From assembly GCA_031378895.1 (NCBI GenBank), contig JANNEP010000011.1, positions 6,685-70,684 of the forward strand: a stretch of DNA of 64,000 bases. The letters run 5' to 3'. The notes below the pieces were generated by a model. The model was not told the origin of the DNA. It ran no database searches and saw only the letters and a program-made list of their open reading frames with translations. The position numbers were made by a program, and so were the translations under genes. The DNA is from Hyphomicrobium sp. GTDB lineage: Bacteria > Pseudomonadota > Alphaproteobacteria > Rhizobiales > Hyphomicrobiaceae. Of the stretch, positions 36,739 to 47,566 are shown piece after piece; position 1 is the first letter of the stretch, and the number at the start of each line of letters is the position of its first letter.

Positions 36739-37710
36739 TTGATGCTCGAAACTGAAACAGTCCTCGATCGCCGGCGCCTGCGCCGCTCGGTCTCGTTCTG
36801 GCGGGCGGCCGGCATAGCCGGGCTCGCCATCGCGCTCGGCACCCTTGCGTTCGGCGGCGATCGTCTCGCCACACTTGCGGGTGAAAAGCAGATTGCGCGT
36901 GTCGCCATCGAAGGCACGATCACGGAAAACCGCGATCAACTCAAAATGCTCAAAGACATCGCGGAGGCCGATCACGTCGCCGGCGTCCTGCTGTACGTCA
37001 ACAGTCCGGGCGGCACGACGACAGGCGGCGAAGCGCTCTACGAAGGCCTGCGCGAGATTGCCAAGAAGAAGCCGGTGGTGGCCCAATTCGGCACAGTCGC
37101 GGCGTCGGCCGGATATATTGTAGGTCTCGCGACCGACCACATCGTCGCGCGTGGCAACTCGATTACGGGGTCGGTCGGCGTCATCGTCCAGTGGCCGGAG
37201 TTCGTCGAGCTCATGAATAAGCTCGGCGTCAAGGTGAACGAAATCAAAAGCGGGCCGCTGAAGGCGTCGCCGTCGCCGTTCGAAGCCTTGAACGAGAGCG
37301 GGCGCAAGGTCGCCGAAGGTATGGTCAGCGATGGCTTCAAATGGTTCTTGGGGCTAGTCGAGACGCGCCGCGGCTTGAAGCCTGCGGACGTGCCGGGCTT
37401 AGTGGAGGGGCGCATTTTCTCAGGCCGCGAGGCGCTCGAAGCCAAGCTCGTCGATCAGATTGGTGGCGAAGACGAAGCCGTGACCTGGCTGAAAGACGTG
37501 AAAAAAGTCGATAAATCCGCCAAGGTCGTTGACTGGAAGCCAGAGTCGAGCGGCGGCGGCTACGGTTTTGCCGGCTTCGCCTCGCGTGCCGCTGGCCGGA
37601 TCTTCGGGGCGGGAGCAGGGGAACTGACGGGTCTGCTGCTGCGCGACCGCTCGATTTCCACCCTCGGCCTTGACGGACTGCTCTCGGTTTGGCATCCTTC
37701 TGAAAAATAA
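36739..37710 (+). CDS. sppA: Signal peptide peptidase SppA (36K type)
   Basis: VNSPGGTTTGG, AASAGY, ITGSVGVI, GRIFSGREA. Confidence 0.93.
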   Translation: MMLETETVLDRRRLRRSVSFWRAAGIAGLAIALGTLAFGGDRLATLAGEKQIARVAIEGTITENRDQLKMLKDIAEADHVAGVLLYVNSPGGTTTGGEALYEGLREIAKKKPVVAQFGTVAASAGYIVGLATDHIVARGNSITGSVGVIVQWPEFVELMNKLGVKVNEIKSGPLKASPSPFEALNESGRKVAEGMVSDGFKWFLGLVETRRGLKPADVPGLVEGRIFSGREALEAKLVDQIGGEDEAVTWLKDVKKVDKSAKVVDWKPESSGGGYGFAGFASRAAGRIFGAGAGELTGLLLRDRSISTLGLDGLLSVWHPSEK

Positions 37711-37742
37711 AGAGAATTGATCGCTAGGCTGGGGAGCGTGAC

Positions 37743-38036
37743 GTGATCAAGTCAGAGCTGGTTCAGAAAATTTCCACGACCAATCCGCATCTTTACCATC
37801 GCGACGTCGAACGCATCGTCAACGTCATCTTCGACGAAATCGTCGATGCCTTGGCGCGCGGCGACCGGGTTGAACTCCGGGGCTTTGGCGCTTTCACGGT
37901 GAAGCACCGGGCCTCGCGTCAGGGCCGCAATCCTCGCACCGGCACCACGGTGTCGGTTGCTGAAAAATTCGTGCCGTTTTTCAAGACCGGCAAGGAGCTT
38001 CGCGATAAGCTCAACAAGATCAAGAGCCAGCACTAA
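37743..38036 (+). CDS. ihfB: Integration host factor beta
   Basis: MIKSELV...[10 protein letters not shown]...GRNPRTG...[10 protein letters not shown]. Confidence 0.97.
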   Translation: MIKSELVQKISTTNPHLYHRDVERIVNVIFDEIVDALARGDRVELRGFGAFTVKHRASRQGRNPRTGTTVSVAEKFVPFFKTGKELRDKLNKIKSQH

Positions 38037-38076
38037 CCGCAGGCATTTGCGGGCTCGCTGACTCGCAAGAGATGAG

Positions 38077-38433
38077 GTGACAATCGTGTTGAGGCGTATC
38101 CTGTCATTGCTTGTCGCGTTCCCGCTAGGCGCAGCACTGGTTGCGATCGCGGTTTCAAACCGTCACCCCGTTCAGTTGATCCTCGATCCCTTCCGTCCTG
38201 AAACCCCGGCGCTGGCTGTGCAGCTGCCATTCTACGCCTATCTTCTGGGCGCGCTCGTGTTCGGCGTCATTCTCGGCGGTACGGCAGCGTGGATGGGTCA
38301 GAGCCGTTGGCGCCGTACAGCCCGTACGCAAGGACAGCGGGCAGCCCGCTGGCAGGCCGAAGCCGATCGCTTGACGAGTGAACGCGATAAAACTGTTGTT
38401 CCGGGCTCAAGCCTCGCGATCGCGTCGCGCTGA
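38077..38433 (+). CDS. lapA: LapA/DUF1049 family membrane protein
   Basis: AVSNRHPV...DPF...LPFY; follows ihfB. Confidence 0.75.
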   Translation: MTIVLRRILSLLVAFPLGAALVAIAVSNRHPVQLILDPFRPETPALAVQLPFYAYLLGALVFGVILGGTAAWMGQSRWRRTARTQGQRAARWQAEADRLTSERDKTVVPGSSLAIASR

Positions 38434-38436
38434 GAC

Positions 38437-38670
38437 ATGGATGCGCTCACGCTTTTCGGTCTTTCGGCCCTCGCAGCGATGCTGTTATTCTATACGTTCG
38501 AGGACGTGAGCCATTGGTGCGTGCTTGGATTTGCGGTGTGCTGCGCCCTGGCGTCCCTTTACGGGTTCCTCCAGGGCGCCTGGCCATTCGGCGTCGTTGA
38601 AGCCATCTGGACCGTGGTTGCCCTGAAGCGCTGGCAGAAGCGGCGTCTCGCCGGCAAGCCAGCGGCGTGA
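38437..38670 (+). CDS. Small conserved membrane protein
   Basis: MDALTLFGL...YGFLQGAWPFGVVEAIW...LKRW. Confidence 0.7.
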   Translation: MDALTLFGLSALAAMLLFYTFEDVSHWCVLGFAVCCALASLYGFLQGAWPFGVVEAIWTVVALKRWQKRRLAGKPAA

Positions 38671-38684
38671 AATGTTGAAGCCGA

Positions 38685-39338
38685 ATGTCAGTTAAAACAA
38701 AAATTTGCGGGATCAAAACCGAGGCGGCGCTGGATGTAGCGATCTCTGGCGGTGCGAGCTACGCCGGCTTGGTGTTTTTTGCCAAAAGCCCGCGCAATAT
38801 TGATCTCGCATTAGGTTCGCGATTGGCGGCGCATGCGCGCGGCCGTGCTGAAATCGTAGCCTTACTGGTAGATCCCGATGACGCGCGGGTCATAGAGATC
38901 ATGGATAAAGTTGCGCCTGATATGCTTCAGCTTCACGGCGCTGAAACCCCTGAGCGGGTTGCAGATATTGCGCGGATCGCGCGGCGCCCGGTCATGAAAG
39001 CCATCGCGGTCGCCTCGAAAGCTGACGCGCTTCGCGCCCTGGACTATCGGCTTGCTGCCGGCACGATCCTCTTTGACGCCAAGCCGCCCTCCACGCCGGA
39101 CGCGCTTCCAGGCGGCAACGGTCTGTCTTTCGACTGGAGCCTGCTGGCGGACGTCAAGGACCGCGTGACCTACATGCTGTCAGGCGGATTGACGCCTGAA
39201 AATGTCGCTGCCGCCATACGCCAGACCGGCGCCTATAATGTCGACGTCTCATCAGGCGTTGAAAGTGCGCCGGGCATCAAGGACCCCGAGCTGATCCGCC
39301 GCTTCCTTCGCGCGGTAAAGATGGATATGCAGACATAG
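38685..39338 (+). CDS. trpF: Phosphoribosylanthranilate isomerase
   Basis: KICGIK, LQLHGAE, LSGGLTPENV, DVSSGVE. Confidence 0.97.
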   Translation: MSVKTKICGIKTEAALDVAISGGASYAGLVFFAKSPRNIDLALGSRLAAHARGRAEIVALLVDPDDARVIEIMDKVAPDMLQLHGAETPERVADIARIARRPVMKAIAVASKADALRALDYRLAAGTILFDAKPPSTPDALPGGNGLSFDWSLLADVKDRVTYMLSGGLTPENVAAAIRQTGAYNVDVSSGVESAPGIKDPELIRRFLRAVKMDMQT

Positions 39339-39401
39339 AATTCCGTCTCATCCCTTCGCAGAAAATGCGATGAGAGACGCAGACTAGATTAAGGACACCG
39401 G

Positions 39402-40643
39402 ATGGCGACCACACAACAAAAAACCGGCGCAGCCAAGCTCAACAGCTACAGGACCGGTCCCGACGACAAGGGCTTTTTTGGTCTCTTCGGTGGCCGCTTC
39501 GTCGCCGAGACTTTGATGCCGCTCATCCTCGATCTTGAGCGCGCGTACGCCGATGCCAAGGCTGATCCCACGTTCCAGGCTGAGATCGATTATCTCAATT
39601 TGCACTACGCTGGCCGACCGAGCCCGCTCTACTACGCCGATCGCATGACCAAGGAACTCGGCGGCGCCAAGATCTACTTCAAGCGTGATGAGCTCAATCA
39701 CACCGGCTCGCACAAAATCAACAATTGCCTGGGCCAAATCCTGCTCGCCCGGCGCATGGGCAAGACGCGCATCATCGCCGAAACCGGCGCCGGTCAGCAC
39801 GGCGTCGCGGTCGCAACCGTGTGCGCAAAATACGGTATTCCGTGCGAAATTTACATGGGTGCGACGGACATCGAACGCCAGGCGCCGAACGTCGCGCGCA
39901 TGAAGCTTCTGGGCGCCAAACTCAATCCCGTCACCTCGGGCGCCGGCACGCTCAAAGACGCTATGAATGAAGCGCTTCGCGATTGGGTGACAAACGTCAA
40001 GGACACGTATTACTTGATCGGCACGGCGGCTGGCCCGCATCCCTATCCGGCCATGGTGCGTGATTTCCAATCGATCATTGGTACGGAAACGCGCGAGCAA
40101 ATGATGGCGGCGGAGGGCCGCTTGCCCGATACGCTTGTTGCCTGCATCGGCGGCGGTTCGAACGCGATTGGATTGTTTCACCCGTTCCTCGATGACAAGG
40201 GCGTCGCGATTTATGGCGTTGAAGCTGGGGGCCACGGACTCAACGTGGACAACGGCCACGCCGCCTCGATGACGGGTGGCACGCCCGGCGTGCTGCACGG
40301 CAATCGCACCTATCTCTTGCAGGATGGCGATGGGCAAATCCTCGAAGGTCATTCGATTTCTGCGGGCCTCGACTATCCGGGCGTTGGTCCTGAGCATTCG
40401 TGGCTCAAGGATACGGGCCGCGTGACCTATGTTGCGATCACCGACACGGAAGCGCTCGACGCCTTGCAGTTCTGCACGCGCATGGAAGGCATCATTCCGG
40501 CGCTCGAACCAAGCCACGCATTGGCCCACGTCATGAAGCTGGCGCCCAAACTGCCGAAGGACAATCTGCTGGTGATGAATCTCTGCGGCCGCGGCGACAA
40601 AGACCTGTTCACGGTGGCGAAGCACTTGGGATTGAAAATCTAA
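39402..40643 (+). CDS. trpB: Tryptophan synthase beta
   Basis: [37 protein letters not shown]. Confidence 0.99.
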   Translation: MATTQQKTGAAKLNSYRTGPDDKGFFGLFGGRFVAETLMPLILDLERAYADAKADPTFQAEIDYLNLHYAGRPSPLYYADRMTKELGGAKIYFKRDELNHTGSHKINNCLGQILLARRMGKTRIIAETGAGQHGVAVATVCAKYGIPCEIYMGATDIERQAPNVARMKLLGAKLNPVTSGAGTLKDAMNEALRDWVTNVKDTYYLIGTAAGPHPYPAMVRDFQSIIGTETREQMMAAEGRLPDTLVACIGGGSNAIGLFHPFLDDKGVAIYGVEAGGHGLNVDNGHAASMTGGTPGVLHGNRTYLLQDGDGQILEGHSISAGLDYPGVGPEHSWLKDTGRVTYVAITDTEALDALQFCTRMEGIIPALEPSHALAHVMKLAPKLPKDNLLVMNLCGRGDKDLFTVAKHLGLKI

Positions 40644-40646
40644 AAC

Positions 40647-41474
40647 ATGAAACCGCTCTCACGCATCGACGCCCGCTTCGCCGCGCTCAAAAAAGACAAT
40701 CGCCCGGCACTCGTGACCTTCATCTCGGCCGGCGATCCTGACCTGGCGACGAGCGAAAAAATTCTGAGCGGTCTTCCAGGCGCAGGTGCCGACATCATCG
40801 AACTCGGCATGCCGTTTTCCGATCCGATGGCCGACGGCCCCGCGATCCAGGCCTCGTCTCAGCGGGCGCTCAAGAGCGGGCAAACCATGCCGAAGACCCT
40901 GGATATGGTCCGCCGCTTCCGCGCCGCCGACACGATGACGCCCATCGTGCTCATGGGCTACTACAACCCGATCTACGTCTACGGCAACGCCCGCTTTATC
41001 GCCGACGCAACGTCAGCTGGCGTCGATGGTCTGATCGTCGTCGATGTACCGCCCGAAGCCGACGAGGAGCTGTGCTTACCGGCGCTGGCGGCGGGTCTCA
41101 ATTTCATCCGCCTAGCAACCCCGACAACGGACGCCAAACGCTTGCCGGCCGTCCTCCAAAACACCTCCGGCTTCGTCTACTACGTCTCGATTACCGGCAT
41201 CACTGGTGCCGCCGCTCCCATGGTGAACGATGTTCACTCTTCTGTGAAGCGGATCAAGGGAGAAACGAGCCTGCCGGTCGTGGTCGGTTTCGGCGTCAAA
41301 ACCGGGGCCCAGGCCAAGGCTATATCCCAGGGCGCTGACGGCGTGGTCGTGGGCTCGGCCCTGGTCTCGGTCCTGGAAAAGTCCTTGGGAACAAGGGGGG
41401 AGGCCACCGCCAGCACTGTTGCAGGCGTGCTGGCAACTGTCGCGGACCTGAGTGCGGCACTCAGGTCGCGTTGA
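40647..41474 (+). CDS. trpA: Tryptophan synthase alpha
   Basis: [38 protein letters not shown]. Confidence 0.98.
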   Translation: MKPLSRIDARFAALKKDNRPALVTFISAGDPDLATSEKILSGLPGAGADIIELGMPFSDPMADGPAIQASSQRALKSGQTMPKTLDMVRRFRAADTMTPIVLMGYYNPIYVYGNARFIADATSAGVDGLIVVDVPPEADEELCLPALAAGLNFIRLATPTTDAKRLPAVLQNTSGFVYYVSITGITGAAAPMVNDVHSSVKRIKGETSLPVVVGFGVKTGAQAKAISQGADGVVVGSALVSVLEKSLGTRGEATASTVAGVLATVADLSAALRSR

Positions 41475-41670
41475 CCGTGGTATAGGATATCCACGAAAAG
41501 GACTGTCCATAGAGCCCAGACCTTCCCATATATAGGGCATATATAGGGATAGTCCCTAGCGCAGCCCTGGGCCTGGCGTTAGATTAAGCGCCTGTCGAAA
41601 CCGCCCAGCATTCATCCGCGCCGCCGCTGCGGCCAGGGGCCGAGTACCGGCTTAGGAGGAGCCTTTCGCA

Positions 41671-42759
41671 GTGAATTGGATAAACAATGTTGTCCGCCCT
41701 AAGATCAGCGGGCTGTTGTCCACCGCGAAGCGCGATGTGCCGGACAACCTTTGGGTGAAATGCCCCGATACCGGCCAGATGGTCTTTTACAAAGACCTCG
41801 AGGCCAACCAATTCGTCGTGCCCGGCTCCAACTTTCACATGCGCATGGGCGCCGATCAGCGCCTGCGTCATCTGTTCGACGGCGGCGAGTTCAAGGTCGT
41901 GCCTGTCCGCGCCGTGCAGCAGGACCCGCTCAAGTTCCGCGACGGCCGCAAGTACACCGACCGGCTCAAAGACGCCAAGGCCGGCACCAAGATGGAAGAC
42001 GCCGTTCTCGTTGGCGAGGGGACGCTCGAAGGTCAACAGGTCGTCTCCGCCGCGCAGGATTTCCGCTTCATGGCCGGTTCGCTCGGCATGGCCGCGGGCG
42101 AAGCCCTCATCGCCGGCATGCTGCGTGCGGTCGAACTTAGATCACCATTTATTCTGTTCGCGTCCTCGGGCGGCGCGCGCATGCAGGAAGGCATTCTGTC
42201 GCTGATGCAGATGCCGCGCACCACGATCGCTGTGCAGCGACTGCGCGACGCGCGGCTACCCTACATCGTGGTGCTGACCGATCCGACCACCGGCGGCGTC
42301 ACGGCGTCGTATGCCATGCTCGGCGATATTCACATTGCTGAACCCGGCGCGCTGATCTGTTTTGCAGGCCCCCGCGTTATTCAGCAGACCATCCGCGAGC
42401 AGCTCCCGGATGGCTTCCAGCGGGCTGAGTACCTACTCTCGCACGGCATGATTGACATGGTGGTTCATCGCCATCAGTTGCGCGAGACGCTTGTTCGGCT
42501 GTGCCACATCCTGATGGCTGGCGTGCAGGCAGGTAAAGGCAAGGACACCCGTAAACTCAATGGCAAAGCCTACGTCAATGGCTCCGGCGTGGACAGCAAA
42601 CTGATTGAAAATGCGGCTCGGGAGACGGGTGTCGTTGTCGAACCCGAAGCTGTACCGCAAAGCCAGCGCTTTGACTCCTCGCGCGCCGATAAGACCCGGC
42701 GGGAGGGTGAGCCGGGGACCGCTCCGCCGTCGCCGAAAGTTGCGCCGCGCGGCGCTTGA
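41671..42759 (+). CDS. accD: Acetyl-CoA carboxylase carboxyltransferase beta
   Basis: [36 protein letters not shown]. Confidence 0.97.
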   Translation: MNWINNVVRPKISGLLSTAKRDVPDNLWVKCPDTGQMVFYKDLEANQFVVPGSNFHMRMGADQRLRHLFDGGEFKVVPVRAVQQDPLKFRDGRKYTDRLKDAKAGTKMEDAVLVGEGTLEGQQVVSAAQDFRFMAGSLGMAAGEALIAGMLRAVELRSPFILFASSGGARMQEGILSLMQMPRTTIAVQRLRDARLPYIVVLTDPTTGGVTASYAMLGDIHIAEPGALICFAGPRVIQQTIREQLPDGFQRAEYLLSHGMIDMVVHRHQLRETLVRLCHILMAGVQAGKGKDTRKLNGKAYVNGSGVDSKLIENAARETGVVVEPEAVPQSQRFDSSRADKTRREGEPGTAPPSPKVAPRGA

Positions 42760-42795
42760 GTTTGAGAGCTCTTAGTATCCGGTCCGGGCGCGCGC

Positions 42796-44157
42796 ATGAA
42801 ACTTTCGACTAAACGGCCAACCAGCGACGCGCTTCTCGCCGAGATGATGCTATTGCACCCCAAGCTGATTGATTTATCGCTTGGGCGAGTCGAGAAGCTG
42901 CTCGGAAAACTCGGCCACCCGGAGACAAAATTACCGCCGGTCGTGCATATTGCTGGAACCAACGGCAAGGGTTCCGTGACGGCCTTTCTCAAGGCTTTCA
43001 TCGAGGCGGCGGGTAAGCGCGTGAATGTCTATACCTCGCCGCACCTCGTTCGTTTCCACGAACGCATTCAGCTCCCTGGTCCCGGCGGCAAGGCGCGTGC
43101 GATCAGCGAAGAGGGGCTCGTCGATGTGTTGATGCGGGTCCGCGCTGTCAACGATGGCGATGATATCACGCAGTTCGAGATCACGACCGCTGCCGCCTTC
43201 CTCGCGTTCGCGGAAACGCCCGCCGATGTCATGCTGCTTGAAGTCGGTCTCGGCGGCCGTCTCGATGCAACGAATGTCATCAAGCATCCGGCGCTCACCG
43301 TCATCACCCCCATCTCAATGGATCATGCCGAAAAACTTGGGCCCACACTGGCGAAGATTGCGGGCGAAAAAGCCGGCATCTTAAAGCGTGGCACCATCGG
43401 TATTGTCTCCGCACAGACGGACGACGTGCTCAGCGTGATCGAAGCCCGGGCCCGGGCGATCGGCGCGGACCTCAGTGTCTGGGGCCGCGACTATGACGCC
43501 TATGAGCAGAACGGCCGCCTGGTCGTTCAGCGCGAAGACAGGCTTCTCGATTTGCCGTTGCCAGCGCTGATAGGCCGTCATCAGATTACCAATGCCGGAA
43601 CGGCTGTTGCCGCAGCCCTCACGCTCGCTGAACATCGGCCTGAACTTGAGCTTGATGAGCGCGCCATCGAACGCGGCTTAAGAACCGTCGAATGGCCGGC
43701 TCGCATGCAAAGGCTGACTGCCGGGCCTTTGCCCCGGATCTTGGGAGCGGACGCGGAGCTGTGGCTTGATGGCGGACACAACCCGGCTGCGGGAGATGCG
43801 CTCGCCGACACGCTCGCTGCCTTTGAGGACAAGGCACCGAAGCCGGTTTATCTCGTCGTTGGAATGATGGGCCAGAAAGACGCGCTGGGCTTTCTTGCGC
43901 CGTTCCGCGGGCTCGTGCGGGCCATTTATACCGTGCCGATCCCAGGCGCGCATGAGGCGCCGCACTCCCAGGAAAATCTCGCCGAAGTGGCGCGCAGTGC
44001 TGGCCTCAATGCCATTGAGCGCAACGGTGTAACGCAGGCGCTCGAAACCATCGCCGCACTCCACAAAGGGCCAAAGCGTGTGCTGATTTGCGGTTCGCTC
44101 TACCTCGCCGGGCACGTGCTGGCACTGCAGTTGGCGGGTGGGGCGGCAGGGTCCTGA
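42796..44157 (+). CDS. folC: Folylpolyglutamate/dihydrofolate synthase
   Basis: IAGTNGKGS, YTSPHL, LEVGLGGRLDATN, LDGGHN, ICGSLYLAG. Confidence 0.97.
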   Translation: MKLSTKRPTSDALLAEMMLLHPKLIDLSLGRVEKLLGKLGHPETKLPPVVHIAGTNGKGSVTAFLKAFIEAAGKRVNVYTSPHLVRFHERIQLPGPGGKARAISEEGLVDVLMRVRAVNDGDDITQFEITTAAAFLAFAETPADVMLLEVGLGGRLDATNVIKHPALTVITPISMDHAEKLGPTLAKIAGEKAGILKRGTIGIVSAQTDDVLSVIEARARAIGADLSVWGRDYDAYEQNGRLVVQREDRLLDLPLPALIGRHQITNAGTAVAAALTLAEHRPELELDERAIERGLRTVEWPARMQRLTAGPLPRILGADAELWLDGGHNPAAGDALADTLAAFEDKAPKPVYLVVGMMGQKDALGFLAPFRGLVRAIYTVPIPGAHEAPHSQENLAEVARSAGLNAIERNGVTQALETIAALHKGPKRVLICGSLYLAGHVLALQLAGGAAGS

Positions 44158-44418
44158 GCTCAATTTCCGGAACCTAAGCGTTCGCAGTGCGTTTCTTAGC
44201 CCAAAGAACCAGGCGGCGAGCACTGGCCAGCCCGGTCAGGATGGATTATCTATACTCAAAATGTAGACAATAATCCGGGCCATAGTTCTGGGGTCTACAT
44301 AAGACTAAAGAAGCATCCCAAATCACGCGCCAGCCCCCATTTAAAATGGATAGAACACGCGCTATAACGGAAAACACATAACGACAAGGCGCGCGCCTCA
44401 AAATAGGAGAGAAATGCC

Positions 44419-45939
44419 ATGCAACACGTCGCAATGGATAAGCTCAACGGCCGGCAAATCATCAAGCCGCGCTATGACAATTTCATCGGCGGAAAGTGGG
44501 TCGCTCCTGTCCGCGGCCAGTACTTTTCCAACCTCACGCCGATCACCGGCCAGCAGGTCTGCGAGATCGCCCGCTCGACGGCAGAAGACATCGAGCTTGC
44601 GCTTGATGCCGCCCACAAGGCCAAAGATGCTTGGGGCCGCACGTCCGCAACCGAACGCGCCAAGGTCCTGAACAAAATCGCCGACCGAATGGAGGAAAAT
44701 CTCGACATTCTGGCGCTCGTCGAAACCATCGACAACGGCAAGCCGATCCGCGAGACGACACATGCCGACATGCCGCTCGCCATTGATCACTTCCGCTACT
44801 TTGCTGGCTGCGTGCGGGCGCAGGAAGGCTCGATCGGCGAGATCGACCATGACACCGTCGCCTACCACTTCCACGAGCCGCTCGGCGTCGTCGGCCAGAT
44901 CATCCCCTGGAACTTCCCAATCCTCATGGCGGTGTGGAAACTGGCGCCAGCTCTCGCGGCCGGCAACTGCGTCGTGTTGAAGCCCGCCGAGCAGACGCCG
45001 ATGAGCATCATGGTGTTGATGGAAATGCTTGCGGATATTATTCCGCCGGGTGTTCTCAACGTCGTCAACGGCTTCGGCGTCGAAGCCGGTAAGCCGCTGG
45101 CTCAGAATAAGCGGATCGCCAAGATCGCGTTCACTGGCGAGACGACCACCGGCCGTCTCATCATGCAGTATGCATCCGAGAACATCATTCCCTGTACCCT
45201 CGAACTCGGCGGTAAGTCGCCGAACATCTTCTTCGCCGACGTCATGGACGCGGATGATGAGTTCTTCGACAAGTGCATGGAAGGTTTCACCATGTTCGCC
45301 TTGAACCAGGGTGAAGTCTGTACCTGCCCGAGCCGCGTGCTCGTGCAGCGTTCGATCTATGAAAAATTCATGGACCGGGCGCTGCAGCGCGTCGCCAAGG
45401 TCAAGCAGGGTCATCCGATGGACGCCACGACGATGATCGGCGCCCAGGCCTCCAACGATCAGCTCGAGAAGATCATGAGCTACATCGACATCGGCCGTGC
45501 CGAAGGCGCACGTGTTCTGACGGGGGGCAAGCGTGCCGCCCTCGGAGGCGAATTGGCCAGCGGTTACTATGTCGAGCCGACGGTCCTCGAAGGCCACAAC
45601 AAGATGCGCGTGTTCCAGGAGGAAATCTTCGGGCCTGTCGTTTCAGTGACGACGTTCGAAACGCCCGAGGAAGCCCTCACCATTGCCAACGACACGCTGT
45701 ACGGCCTCGGCGCCGGCGTGTGGACGCGCAACGGCACGCAGGCCTATCGCTTCGGCCGTGAAATCCAGGCTGGCCGCGTGTGGACCAATTGCTACCATCT
45801 CTATCCGGCGGGCGCGACGTTCGGCGGCTATAAGCAGTCGGGCATCGGCCGTGAAAACCACAAGATGATGCTTGATCATTATCAGCAGACGAAGAACATG
45901 CTCGTCAGCTACAGCCCGAAGGCGCTCGGTTTCTTCTGA
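44419..45939 (+). CDS. aldB: NAD-dependent aldehyde dehydrogenase (AldB/AcoD-type)
   Basis: [46 protein letters not shown]. Confidence 0.9.
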   Translation: MQHVAMDKLNGRQIIKPRYDNFIGGKWVAPVRGQYFSNLTPITGQQVCEIARSTAEDIELALDAAHKAKDAWGRTSATERAKVLNKIADRMEENLDILALVETIDNGKPIRETTHADMPLAIDHFRYFAGCVRAQEGSIGEIDHDTVAYHFHEPLGVVGQIIPWNFPILMAVWKLAPALAAGNCVVLKPAEQTPMSIMVLMEMLADIIPPGVLNVVNGFGVEAGKPLAQNKRIAKIAFTGETTTGRLIMQYASENIIPCTLELGGKSPNIFFADVMDADDEFFDKCMEGFTMFALNQGEVCTCPSRVLVQRSIYEKFMDRALQRVAKVKQGHPMDATTMIGAQASNDQLEKIMSYIDIGRAEGARVLTGGKRAALGGELASGYYVEPTVLEGHNKMRVFQEEIFGPVVSVTTFETPEEALTIANDTLYGLGAGVWTRNGTQAYRFGREIQAGRVWTNCYHLYPAGATFGGYKQSGIGRENHKMMLDHYQQTKNMLVSYSPKALGFF

Positions 45940-45958
45940 GCCTCGCGTCGTTTTGGAG

Positions 45959-45991
45959 AAGGGCGCGGTATCCAATGGGGCCCGCGCCCTT
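45959..45991 (+). other. Intercistronic hairpin between aldB and DUF779
   Basis: AAGGGCGCGG/CCGCGCCCTT 10-bp stem. Confidence 0.5.
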
Positions 45992-46024
45992 TCCACGTCA
46001 GTAGCACCGTTGGAGGTCTGTCCT

Positions 46025-46426
46025 ATGGTCGATCGCGTGACGGCAACACCGGATTCGCTCACTCTCATCACCAAGCTGCAGGGTCTTCACGGGCCGCTGC
46101 TGTTTCATCAGTCCGGCGGGTGTTGCGATGGCAGCGCGCCGATGTGCTATCCGCGCGGCGACTTCAAGGTCGGAGCCCAGGACGTCTTTATGGGCGTCAT
46201 TGGCGGACAGCCTTTCTACATGGGCAAGTCGCAATTCGAGTACTGGCAGCACACGCACTTGATCATCGACGTTGTTCCGGGACGCGGCTCGGGCTTTTCG
46301 GTCGAGGCGCCGGAAGGCGTGAGGTTCCTGACCCGCTCGCGCGTCTTTAGTCAAGCCGAGGCCGATGCGCTTGATACAGCCGGGCCGCCGCCAACGGGCG
46401 TCGAGCGTCCCGTGGATTTTGCCTAA
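46025..46426 (+). CDS. DUF779 family protein
   Basis: FHQSGGCCDGSAPMC, WQHTHLIIDVVPGRGSGFS; usual partner of AldB. Confidence 0.93.
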   Translation: MVDRVTATPDSLTLITKLQGLHGPLLFHQSGGCCDGSAPMCYPRGDFKVGAQDVFMGVIGGQPFYMGKSQFEYWQHTHLIIDVVPGRGSGFSVEAPEGVRFLTRSRVFSQAEADALDTAGPPPTGVERPVDFA

Positions 46427-46468
46427 AGCGCCAACACGATCACACCACCTTCACAAAACAGGAGACAA

Positions 46469-47071
46469 ATGATGAGCGCCTCTAAGACACTGCGCGAAAT
46501 TACCGGAATGGGTCACGTGCCAACAACGGTCAGTCAATCGGCGCTGATCCTGATCGACTGCCAAAACACCTATCGGCAAGGCGTAATGAAGCTCGAAGGC
46601 GTCGAGCAGGCGCTCGCCGACTGTCAGACGCTATTGCAGAGATTTCGCGATGCCGGCCGCCCGGTCATTCATATTCAGCATGATGCCGGTGCCGGGTCAC
46701 CCTACGACGTCACAGCGCCCATCGGCGCGATCTCGGATGCTGTCAAGCCGCGCGATGGCGAGCCCGTGGTCGTCAAGGCATACCCAAGTTCGTTCGAGAA
46801 GACCAACCTGCATGACCTGTTGCAGGGTTACGGTGTCACAGACCTGACCATCGCTGGCTTCATGACGCATGTGTGCGTGAATTCGACGGCGCGGGCAGCC
46901 TTCAACCATGGCTACAAACCGACGGTGGTGGCGTCCGCAACCGCGACGCGTTCGCTTCCCAACCCGACCGGCGGCGTGATTGCGGCGCAGACCCTGCATG
47001 AAGCGACTTTGGCTGGATTACAGGACATCTTTGCTGTCGTGGTGCCGCGCGCTGACGACATCAAAGCCTGA
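46469..47071 (+). CDS. Isochorismatase-like cysteine hydrolase
   Basis: ALILIDCQNTY, VVKAYPSSF, AGFMTHVCV. Confidence 0.9.
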   Translation: MMSASKTLREITGMGHVPTTVSQSALILIDCQNTYRQGVMKLEGVEQALADCQTLLQRFRDAGRPVIHIQHDAGAGSPYDVTAPIGAISDAVKPRDGEPVVVKAYPSSFEKTNLHDLLQGYGVTDLTIAGFMTHVCVNSTARAAFNHGYKPTVVASATATRSLPNPTGGVIAAQTLHEATLAGLQDIFAVVVPRADDIKA

Positions 47072-47104
47072 TCACCGCTTGTTCAGCCGCACGCTCGCCC
47101 CGGC

Positions 47105-47136
47105 AAAAAGCCCCGCGGTTCTGATCGCGGGGCTTT
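47105..47136. terminator. Bidirectional terminator
   Basis: AAAAAGCCCCGCG-GTTCTGAT-CGCGGGGCTTT between convergent genes. Confidence 0.75.
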
Positions 47137-47164
47137 CTAATATATTCAAATCCCGGAGTGATAC

Positions 47165-47491
47165 CTACGCCATCACGCTGGCATTGATCCAATCCTCGAG
47201 CTTCTTCTTTTGCACGATGGCGCCGGTATGCTGAGCCGCAACCTTGCCACCCTTGAACAATATCAGCGTCGGCATGGCGCGGATGCCATACGTGCCGGTG
47301 ATGCCGGGGTTCTCGTCGACATCCACCTTCACGACCTTCACTTTGCCGTGCATCTCCTGCGCGATCTGATCGAGCGCTGGGGCCATGGCCTTGCACGGCC
47401 CGCACCATACGGCATGGAAATCTACGAGTACCGGTTCGCTGGCTTTTAGCACTTCCTGTTCGAAGCTGCTGTCGGTAACGGCGTTGGCCAT
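47165..47491 (-). CDS. trxA: Thioredoxin
   Basis: WCGPC, IRAMPTL. Confidence 0.97.
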   Translation of the reverse strand: MANAVTDSSFEQEVLKASEPVLVDFHAVWCGPCKAMAPALDQIAQEMHGKVKVVKVDVDENPGITGTYGIRAMPTLILFKGGKVAAQHTGAIVQKKKLEDWINASVMA

Positions 47492-47566
47492 TGATATGTC
47501 TCCATTTTCGGGCGCGGGCGGGGGTGCCTGACCCTGCAAACTCGGACCCGGAACGTAGGTATTGGG

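Noticed and set aside
39384-40625. Long antisense ORFs (e.g. opposite trpB, aldB 44398-45597, ahcY 59498-60481, divL 58069-59142, 65-1057)
   Set aside because: These are shadow frames of high-GC, codon-biased genes, with no recognisable motifs or RBS.
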